From NCBI GenBank assembly GCA_964016885.1, contig OZ024740.1, positions 74,338,001 to 74,402,000 of the forward strand: a stretch of DNA of 64,000 bases, in the 5' to 3' direction. This document shows, one piece after another, positions 22,389 through 35,491 of this stretch. A program made the translations under genes and the position numbers. Below the pieces are notes generated by a model. It did no database searches. It saw nothing but the letters and a program-made list of their open reading frames with translations, and was not told the DNA's origin. This stretch comes from Eledone cirrhosa. Lineage: Eukaryota. Position 1 is the first letter of the stretch. Each line of letters opens with the position of its first letter.

Positions 22389-24882
22389 ATCATTATCATC
22401 ACCATTTAGTGTCCATTTTACCATGTTTGCATGGGTTAGACGGTTTGTCCATGCCAGGAGGCAGGGTTGGCCATGCCACAAATTGCTCCAACGAGGACTG
22501 TTAACTAGGCTGCATGTTTTACATCTGGATGCTCTTCCTAACACCAACCACATTTACAGTGTGGAACTGGATGGTTCCATATGAAGAGGGGACAGGCCAG
22601 TTGACCGTGCCAAACCCCACTTACAGTGGAACAATAGTTCTGGAGTCCAACCCATATCACAGCAGAACCATAGTTTCGGAGCTTGGTACTGGATGGCACC
22701 AATACGAGGAGCCTAAACCATCTCACAACGTAGCCATAGTTTTGGGGACCCGTATTGAATGGCACCGATATGAGGAGGGGTTGGTCAATCAGACCTGCTA
22801 AACCTGTTACCATAGTTTTGGGGACCACTACTGGATGACACCACTATGAGAAAGGACAGATGCGGAGTCACAGTGTGAGAGCTTGGCATTGGATGGCACC
22901 ATTATGCGGAAGGACCAGTTGGAGCCCGGTACTGGATGGCACCAACTATGTGAAGGGACAGGCTAGTTAGCCACGCCAAACCCTTCACACAGCAGCACTC
23001 CAGTTGGTCGCACCGAACTCTTTACACAGAGGACCTTCTTTTCAAGTATTAGATTCTGCATGACTCCACTATGATGAGAGACAGGCCAGTTGGCCATGAC
23101 AAACCCTTATCACAGCAGCACCCCAGTTCTGTAGCTGGGCACTCTCCATGCGACAAACCCTTCTGAATACGAAATCACATTTTACTTCTGGACCCCTGCA
23201 CTGGATGACCATAACAAATCCATCATGCACCTGCCATCAACCATGTTTGTGGTGTGGGCTGGATGGTACCATTTTGAGCTAAGTCTGGCATTGAGTTGTC
23301 AACACAGGTCTTTTGTCAAACGTTAGAGCGCCAGAGTTCTTGGTTCTGTATCATCCCCCATTGGGAGATTTAGTTGAGTCAGGTCCACCCTTATTGTTTC
23401 ATTCCACATCTTCCTGGGTCTCCCTCTCTTAGTACCTCTTGCAACTTTCAAAATCCTGCACCTCTTTAAGCAGCTGTCATCCTTCATGTGCATCACATGG
23501 CCATGCGACTGCAGTCTTCTCTCCTGCATGCAGCATTTGATCCCATCTTATGAACAGTTTCGCCCTTAATACATTTACACTTTGCTGTTCACATACACTT
23601 CAGTTACACATCCATCTAATCATATAGGCTTCGTCTCTTTCCAGTCTCCTTAGGTCTTTTGGCACATTTTGCTACCATGTAGTATTGCTGAGTGTACGCT
23701 GGCATCATACAACTTGTCTTTTATCTTAATTGAGAGACCTTGTGTAGTTAGCAGTGGCAACAGCTCCCTCAACTTTTTCCAACCCGTTCTTACTCTTGCA
23801 ACTGTACTTTATGCGCAGTCACCTCTGCAGCTGATTTGGTCCCCCAGGTAGCAGAAGCTATCAACTATTTCTATGGGGTCTTCTGTGCATTTGAAGAGGT
23901 ATCCTTTCTGAAGGTCTTTGCCTACTACCCCTGTGCAAGGTTCACATATAAAGTCTGTGTTCTTCGCAAGCCTGTCTGTTTTCCCACTACATCTCTTGTG
24001 TACCCACTGTCTGCATTTAGGACACTGGATAGAGTTTCTGCCTACCCCTTTCCTGCATACCAAACAGAGCCATTTCCCGGAGGGTATCAGAGCTCCGTTT
24101 CCTCTTCTGCTCACAAGGATTTTGGTCTTGGTCAGGTTGACTTTGAGGTCTTTTATTTCCGCCGCCATGTCTGAAATATATTCTCTAATTCTGTCATAGA
24201 CTTGGCTAAAAGGATCAGGTCATCGGCGTATCATAGTTCCCATGGGCAACCAGTTTTAAATTCCTCTGTTATATTCTGTTGGACAATAATAAATAAGGAC
24301 AGAACCCTGAGCCCCCACCTGTATGCTGAATACCTCACTGTATTCATTGTTGATTTTAACTTTGCTGGTGGCCCCTTTATACATGGCCAGTACTGTTCTC
24401 ATGAGCCACACATCCACACCTTGCTTTCTGAGGGCCCGATCATATTATGGGTCAAGGGACTCTGTCAAAAGCTTTCTCTAGGTCCACGAATGCTAAGTAA
24501 AGTGACTTGCTTTTAGCCAGCATTTGCCTCACAAGGAAGAGGGTGTCAGTGGTGCTTTCTCCCGGTACAAACTGCATTTCATCCAGGTGTATACAATCTC
24601 TTATCAGTTGTGCTATGGCTCTTTCTGTAACTTTTATGACCTGGTCAGTCAGCTTTATGCCTTTGTAGTTACTTATCTCTAGGGCATCTCCTTTACCCTT
24701 GTAGCAATTGACGATGGTGCTGCTATTCCAATCACTGGGAATGACACCATTCCGTATTACTTTGTTTACAATGAGGGTGGTCAGGGTGTGCCCAAACATC
24801 TCAGATGCTTTCAACATCTCAGCTACTACTCCTGATGGCCTGGCTGCTTTACCTGTCTTCACCTTCTTAATTGCCTTACTTA
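22388..24882 (-). mobile_element. 5'-truncated RTE-clade LINE, degenerate
   Basis: Minus ORFs 24452-24862 (RT N-terminal part), 23809-24168 (PHD-like finger) and 23323-23529 (RGRPRK); (CAT)n tail near 22388. Confidence 0.88.
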
Positions 24883-25065
24883 CTATATATATTTATAAAT
24901 CCTGAGGTACTCTATATAATAAAAATACAGTACCTAGTAGTGCTATTTTCTGTATGTTGTATATATGTGTGTGTGCATGTGTGTAAATTCTGGGGTACTC
25001 TATATAATATGTGTACAGTATCTAGTAGTGCTATTTTCTGTATGTTGTATATATATATATAACTC

Positions 25066-25255
25066 CTGGATTGGCAGTATCGATAGAGTGTAGGACACCA
25101 TGCTTTGCAGCACAGAGTTCAATCCCACCAAGGTTAATTTTGCCTTTCATCTTTAAGGGGTTGATAAAATAAAGTATCAGTAATGCACTAGGGTCAATTT
25201 AATCGACTTTCCTCTTCCCTTCAAATTGTTGGACTTGTGTCTAAAGTAGAAACAA
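25066..25255 (+). mobile_element. tRNA-derived SINE
   Basis: Same core as 5336-5550. Confidence 0.8.
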
Positions 25256-25513
25256 CCCCCCCCCCCTTATATCAACAAACTACCTGCAGACAAAACCGAA
25301 ACCCTTAGATAATATATTGTCTCCTAAGGAAGTATTGGAAATTTTGATGTTATTTATTTTGAGAACAATACCTTACGGCCAGTTTCAACAGAAAGAGATG
25401 AGAAAATTGTGGCCAGATACAGCTGGTTTAAATGCTAAAGGGTTAAAGATGGACAGTTTCTTGTGAAAATTAGCAGCATTACAGTAAAGATTTAATAGTT
25501 AATGTGATGTACT

Positions 25514-25588
<75 letters not shown>

Positions 25589-26264
25589 CATACCATTACT
25601 ATCATCATTTTATGTGTGCTATTCCACACTTGCATGGGATGTTATATCAATGTAAATGCATGTTAAAGAAGAGTCATAAACTGGCAACAAAAAATACATA
25701 AGGGAGAAACAAACACAGAACTCATTGGAAGAAATAGATAAGGCAGGCCATTTTTTTTTTGTTAATGGTTAAGTCAGGGAGAGAAGGGAAATGCCAATGA
25801 TCTCTTTCAGGGCTCCATAAATTGATAGGAGGAAGGAAGTTACCTTCAAACCACAGACATGACATGAATGCACAGTGGACTCTGTTAAAAGCATCCAAGG
25901 GCCAGGTAGAGGTGTTAAACAAGTTGACAGATTAAGTACACAACCCAAATATGTCACATTGGGATTTGAACTCCTAATGCAGAGTCAGAACAAATAAATG
26001 CTTTTAATCTAATCACCTAGCTACTTTGACAACTTCCCACATTCACATGAAATGACAGCTACTAAATTAACAAAGATAATTGTGATGGTGGTGGTAGTGG
26101 AGATGTTGCAGATGATGATAATAGTTCTAGTGAATGAATTTTGGTATTAAATGCAACAGTAGTTTTCTAATCCAAAAATAAACATTTATACATTTTAGAA
26201 GCTCTAACAATAAAGAAAACAATGGAACACTGTCAATAGGGGTGAGGTGAACAAAAGACGAGAG

Positions 26265-26318
<54 letters not shown>

Positions 26319-26321
26319 GTA

Positions 26322-26511
26322 ATAATTGTTTCTACTTTAGGCACAAGGCCAGCAATTACCCAGTGCATTACTGGTACTTTATTTTATCGACCCCGTAAGT
26401 ATGAAAGGCAAAGTCAACCTCGGCGAGATTTGAACTCAGATCGTAAAGGGACGTAACTATGCTAGAAAGCATGGCGTCCGACCCTCTATCGATACTGCCA
26501 ATCCACCGCCT
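26322..26511 (-). mobile_element. tRNA-derived SINE
   Basis: Reverse complement of the SINE consensus; near identical to 37404-37590. Confidence 0.85.
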
Positions 26512-26785
26512 TGTATATAGTAATAATAATAGTAATAATGAATACAAAGACCCGAATCCAAAGAGGTCTTGAGAAGGATTGTATATATATAAGTATATAT
26601 AAACCTGTAGAACAAATATTTATTATTAGAACAGATTAAAGTTTAAGCAATGAATTTCTGCTTTCACCCTAAACAAGATCTTCTGAAGTAAATATTTTTT
26701 AAAAAACAGGAAGACATGACAGCAGTACATGAAGACATTCTCTTGAGATGGGCGAAATATATTCAAGGATGATTATGTCATTATG

Positions 26786-26844
<59 letters not shown>

Positions 26845-28597
26845 TTAATTCTGGGTTGTAGATTTATAGGTATACAAATAACAACAGACATGTAATAATG
26901 GTGTGTCACTATGCCTGTAGCTGAGTCATATTTATTATATGTACCTTGGTTTCATCAAATCCAGTGGTTAATTCATATGCAGTGAACAGCTTTTCTTTTA
27001 AACTATCTATAATTTGAAGAAATAACTGTATTTGAGTTTAATATTCAAAAATCTTTTCATATTTCCTTATTAGTCCTTTATGTTTAATTTGGAATGTTTT
27101 CTTGGCAATTTCATCTTCTGAATTGAACGGGTGATAGTGATATTTTTATTCCCCTATTTTTGTAAGAAACAAAGGGATGATGGGAATAATGTTATAATTG
27201 ATAAAAGTATCTTCATTTGGTGAAAAAAATGAAATATTTAACTGTTAACTACAAGTTACTTTTATAGTTTATTCTATGTGTTGTGTCTGTTAATTTTGGT
27301 TTGCATATTGATATTAACACAGCTTCCATAACTTATCTATTTTTTTCTTTTGTGAAATTATATATCTATAGAATGGTAGTGTTTTCAACTAATGATTTTT
27401 TCTATCTAGTTTGTGGATTAAAAAAAATTAAAATGTACCATAAGGGTTTCTTGTAAATGCATGGTGAACCTACAAAATAATGTTGAATTTATGTCTTATG
27501 TTAAAATGTATATATTACATTGGTTTTCTGAAGTATATTCTGCAGTTTGCAGGTTTCTTGTTTCATGTTTATAGAAAATTATTTTTATTCTAGAAATAGT
27601 AATAAAATTAAATAACAATTTCATCCATCCTCCACCCTGGACTGCTGCTTTATTTATCAACTCAAAAGACAAAGTTGACCATGGTTGGATTTTACGTTAA
27701 AGTGCAAGGTATTTGATCTGAAGCTCTTACCTATGACTTCTATAAACCTTAAAATGAATCACAGTTCATGCACTATCAGTTGTATTATCATAGTTCATGT
27801 AATATTAGGTTTATTGACATTTATTGTAGAACTATGATTTATTTAATGGTGACGTGTGAAATTATCATTAACATCCATTATACATATAATTCAGCTTTTA
27901 AAAGAATAGCCATGTATGCCAAACTAATGTTACATTGCATTGCAAAGTTAATGAGAATGCAATCAGGATCAATTAAAAACAGAAATTCTTTGATTTGCAA
28001 TTCCAATTAATTATCAGTTATTTGCCTTTACTAAATTTTGATATAGTAGTATCAGATAACTGGTAATTAATGTCAGATTGATATTTGATTATAAACATTG
28101 AGGTGATATTTCATTGTGGTCAACATTTAATTAATCAAAAGTTATTGTCTGCTCTTCTATGTTATAATTTCAACAACTAAAATCAGATGTTGAACTTAGC
28201 TCTGTACGATTATACTAGTTATATTTGTTAAATAATTCTTTCTTCATTTGTTCACCTCATCCCTATTGATTGTGTTCTGTATTTTTTTTTTGTTTTTGTT
28301 TTTTATTGTTAGAGCTTCTAAATGTATAAATGTTAGTTAATAATTTAGACCCTTTATTTGTGGTAGTCTTCAATGTTAGTGTGAATGATTTTTGCTTTGT
28401 ATCTGATATAGCCAAGTCAACTGTCTAACAATCTTTTCTGCCATGTCTAAAAAAGATTGTTGCTCTGCTGCTACAGTTTGTATACATCTGCTTACCATCT
28501 CCTTTTCATCAGGGCAGTATGTGCAACATCAGCATATTTCCTGGACAGTGACCCTGTGTGCTGTGTTGTATGCCCATTCTGGTCTTGGCAAGAGTAT

Positions 28598-28855
28598 TTA
28601 GGATGAGCAGGTTAAGTGCAGCTCATATAGGGGTCTGGGGTGAGTGTATCTGCAGCCTGTCCCTGCTTCTTCATGGCAACAGGTCCCCATCTTTAAAAAT
28701 GTACATAGTGCTTGGGCTTTCTTTTTCTCAGGGTCTCTTTTTCTCTTAGTTCTGTTCTTCTTTGCTTTAACATTTGTCCACTGGTCACTTCCTGCCAGTT
28801 TGTTTGTTTCTTTGTTATTGGAGTTTGCCTGGTGGCTCATTTTTACCTTTGCCAC
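28598..28855 (-). pseudogene. Basic region plus CCCH zinc-finger fragment, probably decayed LINE ORF1
   Basis: KAKKNRTKRKR...LCTFLKMGTCCHEEAGTGCRYTHP. No downstream ORF2 recognised. Confidence 0.4.
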
Positions 28856-30708
28856 ATTCTAGAGCTTCAGTTTGTTAACTTGGACTGTCTCCATTATCAT
28901 TGACTGCATTGCAGGCCATCTCACTCATGGTGGCCCTTGGGTCCTTCTGAGCTGTCGTGAGCCCTTTGTGACTAGTATTCTTTTCTTTTTCTTTGATCTC
29001 CTTCTCCTTGAGAATCCAACTCAGCAATTCCATGTGTGGCTTTATGAGGGTATAGACACAAATAATTTCATTCTTTTATCTATTTGTGTGATTTTTTTCT
29101 AAAAGCCATAGCTCTTCAGAGTCTCTACAATTAGTTTGCTTGGTTGGGGGCCATTGGCTGAATTTCAGGCTGTAAGCATTGTCTTTAATTCACCTGTTTT
29201 CCAGTTTTCTTGGTTTATATATGCATTACTTTCCTTAATGTGATCCAGTTCACTTGGATTCATATGTGTGTATCTAGCTTATGAGAAGTAATGAGAGGGA
29301 GACAAGGAGATAGTGAGAGAAGGGGGCTGAACAACAGAGGAGAGAAGAATATAGACACAGGGAGGGAGAAATGAGAGAAGTGGAGGGTAAACACAGGGAA
29401 GAGAGAGAAATATGGAGAAAGACAGAAGCAAGGTTTGCAAAATGTGAGAGATAGAGAGAGATGGAAGGACAATGAAATGTTATCTATACACACAGACACA
29501 TGTATATACAAATACACAGACATACACACATAAATGTATATATATATTCATCAATTTTAAAAAAATAAATAATTAATTAACAATTTCAAGTGATAAAAAT
29601 ACTGAAAATAATTTTTAAATTGTCTTTACCTTGAGTTAGTTAAAAATTTTGCCACATTGATTCGAATTTTAAGTAAAAATAATAAAAGAGCTTACTTACT
29701 TGATAAATCGAAATTTTGACATATACACATGGAAAAAATATTTGAGGCATATACAGTATCAAAATATGATAAATATACGAGAACCATCAGAAGATATAGA
29801 CTATCTTTTTAACTTACACTTTACACACATTAATAGATATATAACGGAATACTCCTATCAAAGATTCGAAACCGAATCTGAGCTTTCTCGCTTCTGGGAC
29901 AATCTATCGTTGGAAGTTTTCACCATTGTCTTGTCAAGACAACGATGATAAATGTACATTCCATTTGAACTGTGACCCCAACCTCTTGGGAGACAATAAC
30001 CACAGAGCTGACCATAAATCAACCTCATATATCCATCCTTCTAACTTTAGCACTTATTATAAATACAAGGAGTCAGACTCGAAGCAGCAGTCAACAGACG
30101 ATAAGCGATGTAGACATTAGCAGGCCTTTCCCTATCTTTTTCCTGGCCCTTACTGGCTTACCTCCTTACTGGCTTACCGGCCACCGAAACAGCCATGCCT
30201 GCCTGACAGATTGACCACTACTAGTAAGACAATAACGTATACTAAGAATAGGCACATACACACACATAGTAAGTTCATATTGTTTATATTATACTCTCAT
30301 CCTATTCTTCCTGTAATATTGTATCTTCAAGACACAACACAACTTTTACATCATCGACTTCTGAGACACACACGTTAGCTCGTAGCAGCTAACAATTTAA
30401 TGTATGGATATTTTCATGTCATAAATTTTATTACTCAGTGTTCAAATCGAATATTGTTATTATAAAATAAACATTGTTAACAACTCAATCATGGCCTTAT
30501 TCTTTTCATCAAAACAATCATACCAACAATACCTTATATCCGTTACAGATATATACTTTCCCTTCAAAATGCTTTGAAACAGGTTTTTAAACAATGTAAT
30601 GAGAGTTTTAAAGAGGATTTTTATGATCAACAAAAACACGAGACACCACTTGCCATTGACCACTATATATATGCAAGCAGGGAAAAACGTAAAATGAAAT
30701 GAAATGAA

Positions 30709-30900
<192 letters not shown>

Positions 30901-31039
30901 GTTTTTTTTGTTTGTTTTTTGAGAACACTTCTTCCTTAAGCTCTACCTTTCTTATTACTAATTTGTTATTACTAATTATACTATTACTTATTAGTAATTT
31001 TTCAGATAAATAATGCCAGACCTTAAATGGACTCAGCAA

Positions 31040-32171
31040 ATAAAAAGGCATGCTGTAATTGTTGCCTTAAAAGCACAGCATAGTGATACAGTGATAGCTT
31101 CCTTCTTGAAAGATGCCCAAAAGTACATCATCAAAGTTTAAAAGGATCCGGAAGCTGTTGATGGAATCTAACTGCAGCTGTCAAGCACAAAACACATGTA
31201 CAAGATCCTAATACAATCAGAACGCCCAAGTTTATAAAAAAAAAAGCTCAAAAATTAATTGCTAAAACTCCAGGAAAGTTAATCTGAGCCATCGCGAAGG
31301 ACCTTCATTTTTCAGCATGCACCATCCGAAGAGTTGTCTTTGAAGACATCCAATAAAAGTTGTATGTGATGTGGAGAGGCGAGTTTGTGTTGGATGTGAC
31401 AAAAGAAAATTGTTTGGTCCATGCAAAGCACTTACTGAATAAGATAACATATAAAGAAGCTAGAATGCTTTGGTTCTTTTCTAATGAGAAAAACTTTGAT
31501 CAGGACCAAAACGTAAACTGAAGGAGCGATAGATGACTATGCACAGATTTAAATGAGGTTCCAACGGTCATGCATCCAAATTTCCAACAACTGTGATGGT
31601 TTGGGGCATCATCAGTAACAAGGGAGATGTCATGCCTCCTCATTTATTTTCTCAGGGCTTAAGAGTCAATGCTGCTGTCTACAAAGATAGTAGAGATAGT
31701 TGTGAAGTCCTGGATAAACAGGGTAAGCAATGAAATACCATCTTCCAACAAGACTCCACGCCCTCTCATAAAGCAAGAATGAGACAAGCATGACAATCCC
31801 CATGACCACATTCTTACAGACACATGGCCTTCTAGCTCACCAGACCTCAATCCCCTGGATCATTACATATTAGGCGTAGTTGAAAGAGAGGTCAATCATC
31901 ACCCTCACAACACTATAGAATCTCTCAAGTCTGCCATTACCAGCACAATGTCCAGTATTGATAGAGGTCATCTGATTTGGGTATTTCAATGTTTCAGACC
32001 CCATACTGAAGCAGTCATTGAAACTAATGGAGGATTCATTGAATAGATATCATAAATGTATTGTAAATAACATTTGTACCAATTTGTATCTAAATATATA
32101 ATTTCTTTGATGTGCTATACATATTTTTCTAAATTCAAGCAAATGTCCTCAAAGAACTGATGCACCCTGTA
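31040..32171 (+). mobile_element. Tc1/mariner superfamily (maT/DD37D-like) transposase remnant with 3' TIR
   Basis: WFFSNEKNF, VMVWGIIS and WPSSSPDLNPLD motifs; ends CTGATGCACCCTG|TA. Confidence 0.8.
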
Positions 32172-34011
32172 TATCTGTGTGTCAATTGTAATTACGAAAG
32201 AATTAACCCTCGATATGTAAGCAGAGGCATTTTATATTTAATATACATGGCAACTAAGAATATGTTTTCATTAGTACTCAGAGTTTCATGATGGTATCTG
32301 ATTAATCATGGTAGATTAATCTATTATGCACCATCAATCTTCAGCCCACCTCTCAAAGGTGATGACACAGGATCAAGATCTCTGGCATTATGCAGTAATA
32401 CAAATACCTGCCTTCCCATGTGCACAGGTTGAAACATACATTTTGTATGCACTATCTTTCCCCTTCCATACACCTTCATGTCCTAACAGACCCCCTTTGT
32501 CCACGCCCTTCCCCCTCAGTTCTGCATGAACAAGATATGGTCATCTGATCTGGCTTGTCTCACAACAGGACAACTCATCTAACCTATGCTAGTGTGGAAA
32601 AATGGAGTTTAAACAGTGATGATGATGAGGAGGACAATATATATATTTGTTCAAAGTGAATGATTTACTCCATTGCTATTCAGTGTTTGTTGCTACATGC
32701 AATTCGCCAGGTGACAAAAAGATGCATGGAAGTATACAGTTAGGAATTCAGGAAATAACATAAGGTACAACAAATTATTTGATATTTATTGATAGACTTT
32801 GGTCACATGATAAAGCTTACAACACGTGGAGCTGGCATGTTGTTGACAGTGAGTGATTTCTGTAGAAATAATTAGCCTGCTTGCTATTTATACAGACTGT
32901 GAAAGATATTACTATGAGGAAGCCTGTAGTGGTTAAATATTCAGCATAATACTCTCTAGGTATGATTTATTACTGCATGGTATTGCCAAATTCTTATGGC
33001 CAATGATCTGCATGAGTGGTGGTGATGATTACACCAGTCTGCAACTGAAACTATTTTTGGAGGAATTTGTTCATATGCCTGTACATATACATAATAATGA
33101 TAATAATAATGAAAATATTGTGTACAGTGCTCAGGTGCACTACAACTCATCAAAAGTGTATGTATAGTACATAGGGTAATGTACAAACGTCAGGAAAATG
33201 AACAGTGCATGAGTCATGATGTGTGCATGTGTATGGAAGGGGGACATCAGATGTCACATAATTTTGGTTTTCTTGTGTAACATAATTAAGCAACATGTAC
33301 TTCTCTGCCAATCCTAAATTATAACTGTTTGCTCCATTGGAATATGCAGTTGTAGTTTCAATGATGCTCCAGCTTATATGTTGAATAATAATTGAAAAAA
33401 CTAACATGTTAGGGAAATTAATCTCTTTTTTTTAATTCTGAATATATTTGGTTATATTAGTTAGGTTTAGTACAACAGTTCCACCAGATATTGGTTTAAA
33501 CAGAAATAATACCTGTTCCTGCATATTTAATATTAAAAAAAAAAAAAAATACAAAGTAATTGAAACAGAGACATTACATTTTTTCAATGCACATTTATAA
33601 GATTTTTAAAGTTATTACAATAATACTTTGAACATTTAAATATGCAATTAAAACACTTGTCATCTTTAACATTTTCATAATTTTATTGTATCTTGTTCAT
33701 AACCTCATTACTAAAAATGGTAGATAAATAAATGAATAAATAAATATGAAGTGGGATATAATGTATACAGCATTTGATAAAAAATTTTCTTCACAAACAA
33801 AATTTGAATTGACCAACCAATTAAAATGAAGCTTTCTTGAAGTATTGATTTCCAACTATTGGAAATATTCCATCTATTCATTTCTTGCATGGCTTAACAT
33901 GCTAAGAAAGTTTGTTTTGTACTCATCATGGAACATTGGTTCATTGCAACCATTGTCTCAGCCTAAGTGAAGATGACTTTAATAGAAACATTTAATTAAA
34001 ATATAACTTAC

Positions 34012-34080
34012 CACTTCTGAAGAATTAGATAGTTTCCCTTCAAGTTTTTCCAATTTCATTAGTCTTTTTTGCTCCTCTCT
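34012..34080 (-). CDS. Candidate isolated 69-nt phase 0-0 exon (REEQKRLMKLEKLEGKLSNSSEV), gene unknown
   Basis: Acceptor TTCTGTTTTGTATACTTTAG, consensus donor GTG|GTAAGT, open frame and coiled-coil-like composition. No partner exons were confidently found. Confidence 0.35.
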
Positions 34081-34347
34081 CTAAAGTATACAAAACAGAA
34101 ATAACAATGAATATCTGCAACAACAAAAAAAAAAACATAACTTCACTTATTATTTGGCAGTTTGAATTCAAATCCCGTATAGGTTAGCTTTGCCTTTTGT
34201 CCTTATAGGGTCAATAAAATAAAGCACCAGTAATGCACTCAGGTCGATTTAATCGACTTTCCCCTCCCCTTAAAATGACTGGCCTAAAGTAGTCACAATT
34301 ATTATTGTTAATATTATCATTACTATTATTATTGTTATTTTAATATT

Positions 34348-34557
34348 AGCTGAAGGGTAGTGGACTGGCAGCATCAGTAGAGCATTGGACATACATTCTG
34401 AGTTCAAATCCCACCGAGGTTAGCTTTGCCTTTCATCCTTACAGGGTTGATAAAACGATAAAAGAAAATACCAGTAACGTACTAGGAATGAGTTAATCGA
34501 CTTTTTCCTCCCCAAAAAATTATTGGCCTTGTACCTAAATCAGAAACCATTATTATT
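34348..34557 (+). mobile_element. tRNA-derived SINE whose (ATT)n tail hosts a Tx1 insertion
   Basis: SINE core. A partial copy precedes it at about 34155-34300 and a 5' part follows at about 35503-35612. Confidence 0.8.
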
Positions 34558-35455
34558 CGGCGGAAACTCCACCTTGGCGTTCTATAGAGGATTAGTGGAG
34601 GGGAAGAGCGACGACGTACTTGGGGAAACTCTAGGCGTCGACGAAAATCAACTAGCCAATCTCTTCGGAAGAACTTTCAGGCCGGGGCCTATGGACAACT
34701 TCCAGAAATCCCTGGCCTGGCAGTGCTACCGAGGAGCTTTGCCATTTCGGGATAAACTCTACAGGCATGGAAGTGTCGTGAGCCGGGCATGTCCGAGATG
34801 CGTGCAGGGCGACGAAACCATCCTGCACGCACTTGTTCAGTGTCCGAGCATTGCTGACTTGTGGGTTTATGTCGAACACCTGCTGTCGCATGTAGAATGG
34901 ATCCGACTATCAGCTGAGTCCATCGTGAGGATTGCCCCGCCCTCTTCCTTTAGCCAGAAGGGCAGGCAGTTTTTATCTGTCTGGTGGCTATGGCAAAAGA
35001 GATAGTATGGTGGACGCGTCTGGAAGGGCTGAAGATGAGCACTTACCTCTTCGGTGATGCCCTGATTAACTTTTTCAAATTTCATTTGAAAAGGAAAATC
35101 AGGGTAGAGAGGGAAGTGCTCGCTTCCCAGCATTTTGTTGAAAGATGGGTGAGAGAGGCAAGAATGGACCAAGTGAGTATGTACTCTGAATATGTGCCTG
35201 TAAATTGAAGGTGGAAAACTGGGAGAGGGCACTTGCCCTGGTAGTCAGGGTCACCGTGGCCTTTTTTAATGGGCTTTCTCCACGATGGCCCTCGGAAGTC
35301 TACCCCCTATTGGGGAATTTTTCATTGTTCCTTTTTTTTGTTACATCCTCTGTTTTTGTTTTACATGCAGAAATGCCCATTTGTACCGTCCTGTAATATC
35401 CTGTACTGTCCTTAATGTCTCACTTTGTGTAAGCCCTTGTGGTTAATAAAAAAAG
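34558..35455 (+). mobile_element. 5'-truncated Tx1/L1-clade LINE (ORF2 C-terminal zinc-binding region + 3' UTR)
   Basis: MDNFQKSLAWQCYRGALP...CPRC...ETILHALVQC is homologous to 58017-58544. Ends AATAAAAAAAG and is flanked by CATTATTATT on both sides. Confidence 0.88.

Positions 35456-35491
<36 letters not shown>

Noticed and set aside
22560-23210. CRISPR-like repeat-spacer appearance
   Set aside because: Repeats are degenerate, spacers are irregular and partly related, the context is a eukaryotic LINE 3' UTR, and there are no cas genes.
26630-26770. Hammerhead-like fragments (CAGAAGA...GAAA on minus; ATGAAGA...GAAA on plus); the first 40 bp also occur at 3807-3850
   Set aside because: The cores are mutated and the stems unconvincing; at most an eroded repeat end.
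29927-30394. Possible solo LTR (TGT...ACA, GC-richer block)
   Set aside because: No matching 4-6 bp target duplication and no second copy or internal domain in the window.
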